Assembly: GCA_035084275.1 (NCBI GenBank)
Contig: CM068750.1
Location: forward strand, 9,548,001-9,612,000
Direction: 5' to 3'
Source of the DNA: Hydrolagus colliei
Taxonomy: Eukaryota
DNA length: 64,000 bases
In this document: positions 24,369 to 35,900 of the stretch, one piece after another
Layout: each line of letters starts with the position of its first letter
How positions within the stretch are numbered: the stretch's first letter is position 1
Notes under the pieces: model-generated
What the model was told of the DNA's origin: nothing
Databases searched by the model: none
Seen by the model: the letters and a program-made list of their open reading frames with translations, nothing else
Program-made: the position numbers and the translations under genes

Positions 24369-27300
24369 AGCTGTGACAGTGGAAACTGGGGTTCTAATAT
24401 TTGCTTATCCTGCAGATACTGGGCTGACTAAAAAAAAAATCATCTCAGATATTATACTTTAAAAGTTAGTATTTTTCAAAAGCACTGTTCAGAAATATAT
24501 TTAGCAGTGATTTAAAGTATTTAATTGTTGTTCAATCATATGCAACAAGGAAAAGCCTATATAAATCCTATGGGCTTGTAGAGGCAACACAAATTAATAC
24601 ACAACAAAAATTCTAATCACCACACAGTCAATTAATGGTTTCATTATATCTGCAAAGTATTATAATAATTTCACCCCAGCTGCGCCTTTTATTACACTGG
24701 TAGATCTTTCCTATATCCTGCATATCCAGGGAGTATATTCTCGTACAGCAGGAAAACACTGGACCTTCCTGAAAGCCAATAAACTGCACATAACAGAAGA
24801 TAGATAATGGAACAAGTAAATCCATAGCTAATGACCCCACCCTGGTGTATTAAGTCTGACCAAAGATAATAGTGTTCTTTGTAAATTAACACACTCAGTG
24901 GTAAACTTGCTTCCATTTCAGTGGGAGATTTGGTGCAAATTAGCATTTGTTCTTAATAAGCTCCATGCTCGGTATTCTGGAGTCCACAGTGTTCATAATG
25001 CACTTTCCTTGCAGGTGAAAATTTATTCTCCCGAGGATACTTCCATAATACATCCTCCAACAGAGAATCATCCTCATCTTAATCAGTCCCCTGCTCCCAA
25101 ACTTTTGCCGTTTCTTCAACTAACATGCTGAGCACACTGCTGTGAGTTGTTGGAAATGATTATTCATTTGTACGCTTCCTTTACAACATATCCATTAGAT
25201 GTTGAGATATCCAACAGAGAAAACCAGAGCTTTGATTTTATAATTACAATTGTTGAACAAATCTCCAGGTCATTCTTCCCCCCATGCCTTTCACATACAA
25301 AGTCTGCCCCGGTTCACATCCATTCTCCAGCAGTCTCTCTCACAACCAAAACATGGACTATAAATTCATGTTAAATTAAGATTATGCAAAGCAGTGTCTG
25401 AAGAATGCTTCTAATAGCAGAATAATTTTATGACTTATGAGGATCTTGACAATTTCAATTTTATATGCATGCATTATGTTTTTAAAATGCAGAAATTATG
25501 CATCTAAAATAATCTATTAGGTGCAGTGGGCTATATTGTTGTTGCCTTAATTACTTTCACAGACAGTTATAGCTGCTTTACATCATATTTACAACAAAGG
25601 AGCTCTAATTACCTTCAGAAAATGCCACAAAATATTGAGCTTTGCTGCTGATATATATTCCTGATCATGCTAATCTGGAATGACAAATAAAAACGTGTTA
25701 CAGTTTCCACAAATTTGTGGCTGTAATGAGGTATCCACCCATCTTTAACCATTTGCACAAGGCACAGATAGCACAATAAATATTCCTGTATTTCACCTGA
25801 ACATATGTGATGGATAAATCACATTTCCTAGCATCATAATGAACGTGACCATACTCAGCAAAGCAAGCAGCAATCTTCCTTTAAAAATAAAGTCAATTAG
25901 AAGAAACTATTGTACATAATTTTACAACATAATAAACAACAACGAGCAACTTTAAAGGTAATTCCACAAACCCCAGGGGTTAGGTTACTTTTAAAGTGCT
26001 TGAACTTTGCTCTGAGGTTTACAATGTTATTTGCACCCTTCAATAGTGCTGAGATCTTACTGCAGCTTACTCCCATTGTCTCACACACAGACAGCGTTAA
26101 TGTGCCTGTAATAGTATATAAAGCAATAGAATTTTTTTTAAAAAGAACTCAATCATTCATATAATATTGAAATTCTAATATGCTTGTTGTTTATTTAAAT
26201 TGTTTGATCAGTTCATATGGCAGTCAAAATAGCTGTTGGGGAATGTAATAATTTGTAAATGCAGCTTAATTATAAACAATAGTGTGCTGTGTGTATGTGT
26301 GCTCTGTACTGCACTGTTTGTTAGGATTTCCTTATTTTAACTGGGGGGAAAAAGTACAGAGTTATGGATCTTCTGATCCTCCTTTAAGAATGGATCAGGT
26401 TCAATTTTGTAAAAGTATCTGAGATGGATCAAATGAGTCCTGCACATGAGCAAAACAAAATTCTGAAAACCACTACCCGCAAACATAAATTAAATTATTT
26501 TGATTCCATGTCAACTGTGAAATGTAATATTATTAAAAAGAAGCGAGACAATTCTAATTTCATCAACCGACCTTCTCCAGAATAAACCACAGGCTCCCAG
26601 CTGATGTTACAGTGTGAATTAGCAATACAAATTTAGAAAGGATTTGGCAGTGGTGCAATGAATGCTGAAATGGCACTCACTGCATTGAGATCTCACTCAC
26701 ATCTTATTATTAAAACTTTAGGTATTTATGTATCCTGACCCTGCTCTGTGCTCCATTAGGAACTCCCATTTATTCAACATTGTTTTTCTTTCAGTCACCC
26801 TTCTTTTCTTCCTGCTGTGCTTAAGAAGCCATGGGGGATGTGGCTCCCTTCCAATTGGCAAATCCTGTGTTATGATTTGACATACAAATTTGGCCTTGTA
26901 ACAGCAACACTCACACTGCAAAACGCTTGAAAAACAAGAATCAAGCAGGTCAGCCATCTTAGTCTATTACCTATGAAGCTGTATAGCTGTTACCAGCGGG
27001 GTGCTGATTTTAATGGCAATGTTCCTCATGCTGAAGTCAATTTATCACATGGAAAATTAGATACACTCTTCAACGCCACTGCTTGTGTTGCACTACACTG
27101 TTAGAAGTAAACACTCATATACAATGAGGTATTAGTTAATGCCATGACACCCTGCAAAACAGGTTTGCGCACACAAATAGGCAAGCTAAAAATGGGACTG
27201 CTAAATCTTTATATTGATGGGATGCTGAAGAATATCGAAGGAAGTGACTGCTTTTCACCAACAGTGATCAATTTAAAAATAAAAACTGTTTTTTTTCCCC

Positions 27301-28649
27301 CCTCTCCCTCCTCTTTAATTATCCAAAGGAGGTGCCCAGAGTGGAAAACAGTAACAAAGGCTGCACCACCTCCGCAGGATGTGGCAAACGTTCAACTCAA
27401 GTGACAGGACATACGTGCACAATAAGAACACTGCAGATTCTAGGCACTAAAAAGTTGTGCTGACAGGGAAACGTTCCTAATAATGGGATCTAAAAGGGCA
27501 CTGTTAGCTGATTCAAACAATCTCCAGCCACAACAAGGATCCACTCGTAAAGCAATGTGATAATAGGTTCTTGATGAGGAATCTCCGTCAACTAGTATGA
27601 AGTTTGCTCTGGAACTACATCATATTGGATTTTCCTGGAGTTTGGTGTGAGGTACTTCCGGTTACCGTTTGTGCAGCAGATTTATTAATAAGGAATTCCA
27701 CTGGGAAGTTCCACAACATAAATCCCAATGCTAAAAATAACAAAGTTATGTGCTGCAATGGGTGTATCACAATAGGAATTTTGTTTAAGGAAAAATTCAT
27801 CAAGTCTGATTCATCATTGCCCCCACATTGTTTGACATTATGTGGAAGCACTGGGGTCAAAAGTCAAAGAGGAAGAATCCAATGGCTTTCTTCCACTCTC
27901 TGGAAGACTGGTTCTAGCAATCGGGATAGAGAAATTCTGACAAATGAGATACATACTCAGAGGAGATGGCTCCACCAGGGGCAGGCATGGAGCAGTACAG
28001 GTGCAGCCAGCTGGCATTCCTGCCTGCGGCTGTTCTGAACCATTATGTAGCCCTCAGTAGGCCTTTGAGAGCCATGAGCCAAGAGCGACTGTAGCACTAG
28101 AGACCTCTGATAGCGATTCAGGTCCATCAGAATTAGTCACAGATACATGAAGGACGCCAGATGTATCCCCTATATGTCCACAGTTGGTTAGACTCCATTG
28201 CTGCTCCTTCAAATGCTATCATGGTTTTAGTCAATCAGGCAGTACAGTACAATGAAAGGAGCTTCCCCACATTTATTTTTTCATAAAATAAAGGAGATGG
28301 TGAAGGTATTTATTTCATGATTCACAAGATGAAAATAAAAACAGCTGATAAGGAAAATATTAATGTGGATATAGAGGTAGCTATAAGGAATCTGATATTA
28401 TCAAAATACAGCACCAACTATCCTATAGGGTGTCAATACGTAGTGACAATCAAATCATTTGTGTGATGTCCTTCACCAATTTTGCAACTGTACTCCGCAA
28501 TATCAGTGATGTGTCATTCAAATATCGATGCATAAGCTTTGGGGTTATAGAGTATCAGGTGCCAATGTTTTGTTGTATATTTTGACAGATTTGAAATGGC
28601 ATTCATGGTGATGTGATATTAGAGTGTACCAGAGTAGACATAACCAATG

Positions 28650-29255
28650 TACTGAGACCATCGGGAAGCCGGACCAGACAAAAGTTTGCCGTGTGATGTA
28701 TGCATAGGTATCCATGGAGACTGTAACAAAATCAGCTTGATGGGTTAGAGTGCTCATGTTTGCTCAAACGCCCTGTCAGACACTAAACAAAGAGAGATTT
28801 AAACTACAGGAGTGTAGTCTCACAGTCTTGCTGTCTGGTCATTTACTTCTGTTTGTGCAGTATTAAAAGTCATGTCAGAAATGGATATGGACATTTCTGG
28901 CATGACTTTACACACTACACTCACAGAAGTGATCCATCACTGCAAAAAATAAAGGAATGGCAAGAGGAAGACTATTACATTCTCAAGATTGTTCCCAAGT
29001 CAGTGATTTTGGAAACCAATGTTGCATTTTTTTTCCCTGAAGCTGCTTTAGAAATCTGGAGTACACAGTCATCATTTAAAAACAGAGTAGTGAGACTGTG
29101 AGGCCACACTCCTGTAGATTAGATCTCTCTTTGTTTCGATTCTGACAGGGTACTAAGGCAAACATTAGCACTTTAACCTATCGAGCTGAGTTTTGTCAGG
29201 AGTTTCCATGTGCATTTCACAGGTCATAGTTTTCTTTGGCTTCCAGTGGCCTGAG
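28650..29255. repeat. Long inverted-repeat (fold-back/MITE-like) element with internal hairpin
   Basis: 28733-28832 vs reverse complement of 29089-29188 align ungapped at 81/100 by hand; gapped similarity continues outward; internal hairpin 28843-28932. Confidence 0.85.
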
Positions 29256-30297
29256 ATCCACAGCTCTACTAGATACCTCCGCAGGCTCCGTCAGCAATCA
29301 AACCAAAAGCAAAGAAAGTGAACAGATTTGCCACCCTTCACGTAATGCCATTATGTGACAAGTACTGGTGCAGAATTGGGAAGCTCTGAAGTGTTTCATG
29401 ATGAACTTTAGCTGTGTAAACAGCAGGGGGAGAAAAAAAGGATAATTCTTTAATAGAATTAGAAATTGTACAAACGTATCAGCTACCAATTTGCAAAGCT
29501 GTCTAATGATGTTATGTACATAGCCCGAATCCAAATAAATAAAATACCAAAATTACATGAAATAACTAGGAGGCTAAATACTAATGCTCGGAAAGGTTAC
29601 AGAGTATAGTATTCTAACGCTTCAACATTTTGTATATAGTTCATTACTGTTTGTTTAGGTGCATCCCTCTGTTCAGAGGTTTGTTTTCGTTGTTGGTAGC
29701 AACCAAAACAAGTTAAGCTTTGATTCAGAATTCATACAAATTAGAATTTTTGTACAAGCACGTGCAGCATTTCAGGGCATTGTTTGTTCTGAATATACAT
29801 CTTCTTGATACACTGAAACAACGTATACTTGAAACTGTACACCAGAGCTGTCAACATCAGAAAAGTGATGGGAGTGGTATCTGTGATCGGCAGGAATGAT
29901 AGATTGCTAACCCATCTAAATATAATCAGGCCACATTGGGTTTTAAGAGGGATGTGCATCAAAATACTATGAGCCACAATTTTATACCGATTAAACGATT
30001 GTCACCCTTAATGAACGCATCATTCCAAATGAGTAAAACTTGCCTGGTCTGCATATGCATTTTGTGTGCATTATTTAGACCTAGGGTTCTGTAAAAATGC
30101 TTTGCGTGAACAGATCTCAGGTCAGAGGGAACCGGGTTAACTCGAAACATTGTGTTTGACCAGTTTAGGCATTCGGAACACAACGTGTATTTTGTGTTCA
30201 GGTTAATCTGTCGAGTAAATGCAACCGCTATATGTTCGGAGTGGACAGAATGAAATTCGCATGCACAATACACTTCAGATCTGTGGTAGTTAGGCTT

Positions 30298-30486
30298 CAA
30301 GTGTAGTGACTGTGCATTTGAAGGTGAATGTGCAGTCACTTTGCACTATAAAGTAATGTCCCACAAACGGCTGAATGAGCAATTTTATTGGCCGATTGTA
30401 TTGGCCAGGACATCGGGAAAAACAACCTTCTCTTTTTGTATAGTGGGAAGGGATTTTTTAATGTCCGCCTGAACAGGCAGACGGGA
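30298..30486 (-). mobile_element. Deu-domain SINE internal fragment
   Basis: AGTGTAGTGACTGT...TCCCACAAACGGC...ATTGGCCAGGACATCGGG...GGGATTTTTTAATGTCCGCCTGAACAGGCAGACGGG is the reverse of the Deu domain and 3' region seen at 31987-32531. Confidence 0.65.
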
Positions 30487-31363
30487 GTTAGTGGATATCA
30501 GTTAGAATTCTGTGCATCTTTGTAGGCAATTATGTCACCAGAGTGAGGGAGTGAAAACACTTCTGCCTGTGATTGTTTGCCCTGAGAGATGTGCATAAAG
30601 TCCGCCCCCAATTCAACCAATGCAGATCAGGTCAGGAACCATTGGAATACTTGGGCCCCACAGGATGTGCTGCACAAAAGTAGTTGAGGGGTCATCGGCA
30701 GACAATGCAGAGACAACAGGAGCCTCCCAACAGGATCACTGACCTTCCCAAACCATTAGTACCAATCTGTAGCATCTCACTACAAAAGCATTTATTATTG
30801 GTTTCTTTCCTTTTATCAGCTCTCATTGGGGGGGTGGGAGGAGGAGTCCCAAACAAGATGAACAGAGCTGAGCACCATAAATCATGAAAACACGAAGAAC
30901 CAAACCCTTGCATCACTTTTCGTGCCATTCAGAACTTCTGTGTTGCCTTAAACTGTTCGGTGCTCTAACATCAGCACAGCAAGTGAGGTACAGCTAGAAT
31001 GAGTGCACTTCCTGAGTGATTTCTATCTTTGGCACTAACTGCGAGTGAAATTCCCCTCTGTGTGTTCTGTATTTGGCGGCTCAATACACTGTGCATGCAT
31101 TTAGTTTAGCTCCAATGCATGGGACCTATTCGCTATTGCAATGGCTGGGAATGGTTCCGTGCTTGTACAAAAATATTAATCTGGCTGCTGTTCACATTCA
31201 GGCAGAGGCTAAAATTATCCTAGTGTAATCCATGCTTAATCCAATCCATAACACTCTGAGGCAGGCTGCTTCCTTACCTGACTGGGGCCTACTCCTTGTT
31301 GAACACACATGCAAGCAAACTGCATGTTGAGTATATGTATGTTCACAACTGCATGTTGAGTAT

Positions 31364-31420
31364 GGGACGTCCTCCCGACGTGAAAGGCGCTCTATAAATA
31401 TAATTTTGTTGTTGTTGTTG
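31364..31420 (+). mobile_element. Very short L2/SINE 3' tail insertion
   Basis: GGGACGTCCTCCCGACGTGAAAGGCGCTCTATAAAT followed by (GTT)n; L2-type 3' terminus with CpGs retained. Confidence 0.75.
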
Positions 31421-31986
31421 CTGTATTAGCCTGGACAAGTGCCCAACAATGAAATGAGACACTCAAGCCTGTACTGAAGCATATAGGCAGTCTGTGCCCC
31501 AGAATGTGTACTTTAAACTCTATGGGGGAATGTTGTGCCCCTCATGTATATTTACATTTCCAAACTTCAATGAGTCTTGGATAATGGTGATATATTCTGC
31601 TGCACAACCCCTTAGTCTGGGGTTAAGTTGGTCAGTAAAGAAATGAGAAACAGCAGGTACACAATGGGGAATAGTGGAATAAATTAGATATCCCCATTGT
31701 TCATCACTCTGCACTCAATTTATACCATATGTGATATTAAAATAATCTTTCATATATTTCTAATCTCTGCTTCCCACAGCAATGACTTGGGCTGGGAGCT
31801 GTAATATCAGCCAGGATGCCATGCTCAGATGTTATGCAGAACTATCTTGTACACATTATGGATTTGGCTGAAGTATAAAGGCTTTAGGTCAAACAATATT
31901 TAATGCAGTTGTAGCTGATTATTTTTTTCAGGAGAGGAAACAACGTGAGGTTAAAGAAAAGTATGACTTTGATATATTGTCTGCCT

Positions 31987-32531
31987 GGCTCACTCGGTAG
32001 TATTTTTACCTCAGAGTCAGAAGATTGTGGGTTCAGTCCCATCTTCGCTGTTAAACAGCCATTCCGAGCCTCTGAACCCAGTCCAGACAGGCACTCTATT
32101 GGAGTTTTGGAGGAGTGCTTCATTTAATGCTCCGAGATGCTAGCCTCCCCTGAAGGCCACTCAGTATATGCAAGTTGTCACTGCATTGTTGGAGATGCCA
32201 TTCTGCAGATGAGACATTAAACAAAGGTCCCATCAGCCTCTTTAGGTAGAGGTAAATCAAAGTCCTGTCTACCTGTTTAGATGGAAGAATTATTGTTTAA
32301 GATCCCATGGAAGTATAGAAAAAGAGCAGGGAGATTCTCCCGGCTTCTTGTCCTATAATCCCCCAAATTAAATTGAGCATTCACTTTATGCCAGTCTAAG
32401 GGACACTGCTGGGCACAAGGAGCTGCCATCTTCAGCAGCAAGTACTCAGTCACTACATTTCACATTTAAGAATCCTGTGAAGCTCTTTAAGACATGTTAA
32501 GGTCCTGTATCAAATGCATGGCTTAATATTA
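31987..32531 (+). mobile_element. Deu-domain tRNA-SINE (SacSINE1-like) with internal insertion and duplication
   Basis: Head GGCTCACTCGGTAG...CTCAGAGTCAGAAGATTGTGGGTTCAGTCCCA; Deu domain CTGCATTGTTGGAGATGCC...GATGAGACATTAAAC...AAGATCCCATGG...AAGAGCAGGGAG; tail GTATCAAATGCATGG. Confidence 0.8.
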
Positions 32532-32739
32532 AGCAAAGGTGAAAATTGTTTCATTGTTTTATTATTTGACTACTTAAATAACAGGCTGGATTTGTGTTTT
32601 TAAAAAACTATCATGGTAATAAAGAAGAAATCATTAAACAGGTTCAAAAGTTAAGAGCAGTAAATTAAAAAGGGATAAAAATGAAGAACAAGGGACCTGT
32701 TATATTTGCTTTTAAAAGTCCCGTGGTGTGGATATCAGT

Positions 32740-32990
32740 GGCATGGGGAGGAAGACAGCAGCTTGGCAGACACAGCGGAAGCTGGGGAAGGAAAGTGGCA
32801 CTGTTGAGAGGAAATGGTGGAATGCAAACGAGAGCACTGACATGAAAAAGGATTTAAAGGAAGGAGTCTGCAGAGAGAGTTGAGCAATGGCAAGGGTCTG
32901 GTTTGTCCACAGTCCTCAGAGCTGTGGAGGTCATAAAGCACAGGAACCAGGTTTTGAGACCATCGGACTGTTGCCGGACACAAAAATGTA
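32740..32990 (-). mobile_element. L2 reverse-transcriptase fragment (old)
   Basis: Minus strand EDCGQTRPLPLLN then, after a 1-nt shift, LSAD resembles the L2 RT motif DCDxGxxSLLVLLDLSAAFD. Confidence 0.45.
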
Positions 32991-35900
32991 GTCCTGTTCA
33001 TCTTGGGAGCTCACAATCACTGTGGAACACATTCCATTTTAAGGTCACCTTCCCCGTGAGATTCATTAAAATGCAGAGAAACTACCCTGCCAACCACACT
33101 CAGATGCTGTCCTGACAAGGCCGTGGTAACCTGAAGAGGAACAGAAGATGGCAAAAGGCATCAACTGGTCTGCAAGAGTTGAAAGGCCATTTGAGCTTCC
33201 GATGAAAGTGTCATGATTGATGAAAACATTAAGCTAATCAGCTGGTGCTGTTTGCTGTCAGCTATATAATCAGAAGATGGACACAGTATAATGGGCTAGC
33301 AGGGGGGAAACTGAAAGTGCTCTATGTAAATGAGGACATTCTGACTTGCTGGCAACTATCACCTGTAAACTGCAGTAAGAAATAGGGTCTGTTTTTTGTT
33401 TCTGTACCCTCCATACATCTGCTAATACTGATACAGCTGCTTTTCTCATTCTTAAAGAAGATGAAGCATCAAAGTTGTGGCAGATATTGATCTAAAACAG
33501 GAAGTGTGTGGAAGAATTATCAGACCACAAAATGTCAGTTCTTTCCATCCTGTAGCAGGCAGCAACATATGAGGTAAAAAAGTTGTTGAGTCGTTATTCT
33601 CCCAAACAAATTCCGCTGTATTTTTTCAGGAAAGCCAAAGCCAAAAGGACAGAAAATGTTTCACAAAATCTTTCCAATTTTAGCATTAACTTTCTATTCT
33701 ATGCCAAATTCTACATATTTGTTGCAGCTTGGAACAAAACCTTGATTTTTTACTTATCTACGTTAAGTTACTCTCACCAAATATAAAGTGGGAGCTACTT
33801 GCAATATCCTGAACATAATAAAAGTTGATGGGGCTGAGATTAGAGTTTCTTAAGTAGACACTACACACTTGCAGTGGTTAACTTTGACTGGGTTTCACAA
33901 ACATGCAAAGTGTAATTTATACACAATATGCTTTCAGAATGGTTCAATCTCATGAAATGGTTCACTGCCATTTCATACCAAATGTCCTACAAAGTGATGT
34001 TTTACAAGTCACAAAGGGGAAAAGAGAGCCTGTAATGCATATAGCATCGCACTCTCACACAGAGCACATCTGAAACAGTTTTGCATGGCATTCATACTCA
34101 ACTGCCCTCTGTGGGTGAGTTTCATTAGAGTTTATTCCAAATGGTTGTGGACAGCAACTAAAAGGGAAAATAGCGAAAGATTAGCACAGATTTAAAAATA
34201 ACTAAATTTATTAAAAACAAAACTGGTTAGGATTTCTTCAGCTTCTTTATTTAAAAAAGTAAAGCTCATAAGTAAATCTCGATACGAAACAATAGTTTCT
34301 AATTCTTTTCATTTTGGCACTTAGATTCAGATGATCTGCAAAATAAAATGGCTTGAAACAGAGCCTTGTTGACAAATAATGGGAGGATGAGAGAGCAGGA
34401 AAACTGCCCCTAGCCTGAGGCAGGGTGACAACCGCATGTGCACTCATGTTCTCAATGAGTGTGGAAAACAGCAGTACAAGCATCCTCTGAAACCTCTCCT
34501 CACAACCATCGAGACTTCCTGATCAGAAAATGATGAACAACCAACACTGCAACGTTGCAAATCCCCTTTCTGCACTGGCAACCTCCACAGGATGGCGGGA
34601 ATCGGGATGCATTTGTTTGTAACTTTTGGGGCAGATCATGAAAGGCTCTAACCATAATCAGCCCTTTGGTTCTAACACTATATCTTAATCGATCATCTGT
34701 TAACCTCGCAGACCTTAACATAATAAGACTGACTAGTCTCACAAAGCTACCTTAAAAAATGTGGGTGAATTTGGAAATTTAGAAGTAGGAAAATATTATT
34801 TTTACATGAATGTTGCTCTATCAGGGTGTGGGGGAAACAAAGTGTTAATACTTGCTAAAGATTGACAGCAAAGCGACATTCTCCTACGGATCTTCGTGTC
34901 TTACGATGAAGCAAAATATAGAATGATTACTCAGAATGGCAAGCTCGGAGGTGAAAAGATGTAGTTTGCGAGGAATAACTTTACCCCTTTTGATAAGGCA
35001 AACAACTCTAATTGGTTCAAATAATAAACAGAGAGAGGCTAAGAAAAAAAATCAGAAGAATTGCACTAAAGCTGGCTGTTCACCAGAACAGGATGCCTTT
35101 GTACAATTCACATCATTTTCAATTTTAAATTACCATCTAAAGGGCAGAGTGCATCCTTGAAAATTAGTCTGCTCTCTAATTAATGCACTCCAACATGACA
35201 ATGAGTACAGTTTCAGCATGGCTGGGCAGGCCAGTCAAGCAAGAGGAAGTGACTGAAGGACTTGGAGAGACTATCCCTCCACCTCTTTCTTCTGTTCACA
35301 GAAGCTTAAGTCCAATTAGGCCAGTTAATCTGCCTAAGACCACTGGAGGGGCAGAGTATTAGAAAGTTTGACAGCAACTGAGGAGACAAACACAAAAGGC
35401 AAGTTTACTTTCAGCAGGAGCCAGCAGCCAAGAATTTCCTTTACCCGGCAGTAAAAGTGTCTATAGGTCACTAAACAGAGGTGCTTCAATACGCTACAAG
35501 ATCTAAACTGCACAACTATTCTTAAAAATAATTTCTGTTTCTTTTCATGCCTCACTGATCTAATTTACACTCTTTTATTAATAAATGAATCTCCTTAGCA
35601 TTGTGACTTCAGCCATTCATACATTCATGCTTGCTTTCTCTTTACCTTTCTCTCTACCACAGCAGAGTCCACAGAATTAGAGTTTTGCTTGGTTTGCAAA
35701 AACAAATGCAGTTATAAAAAGAACTAAACTGATAATCCCTTTGGACCCAAGTACGAAACATGATTAGTTGAAAAGCTATCTTGTAGGAGAAAATACAAAA
35801 TACTATTAGCCACAAATTAACTTGGGCAGATGGTAGTCTTCTTCAGTCAGAGATGTCAGCAGGCAGCACAACAATGATGTATGCTGATGCTGCAAAGTCC

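Noticed and set aside
27972-27985. CTCF-like CCACCAGGGGCAG (also near 13357 and 35340)
   Set aside because: Each deviates from the core consensus; single short motifs are not supportable without data.
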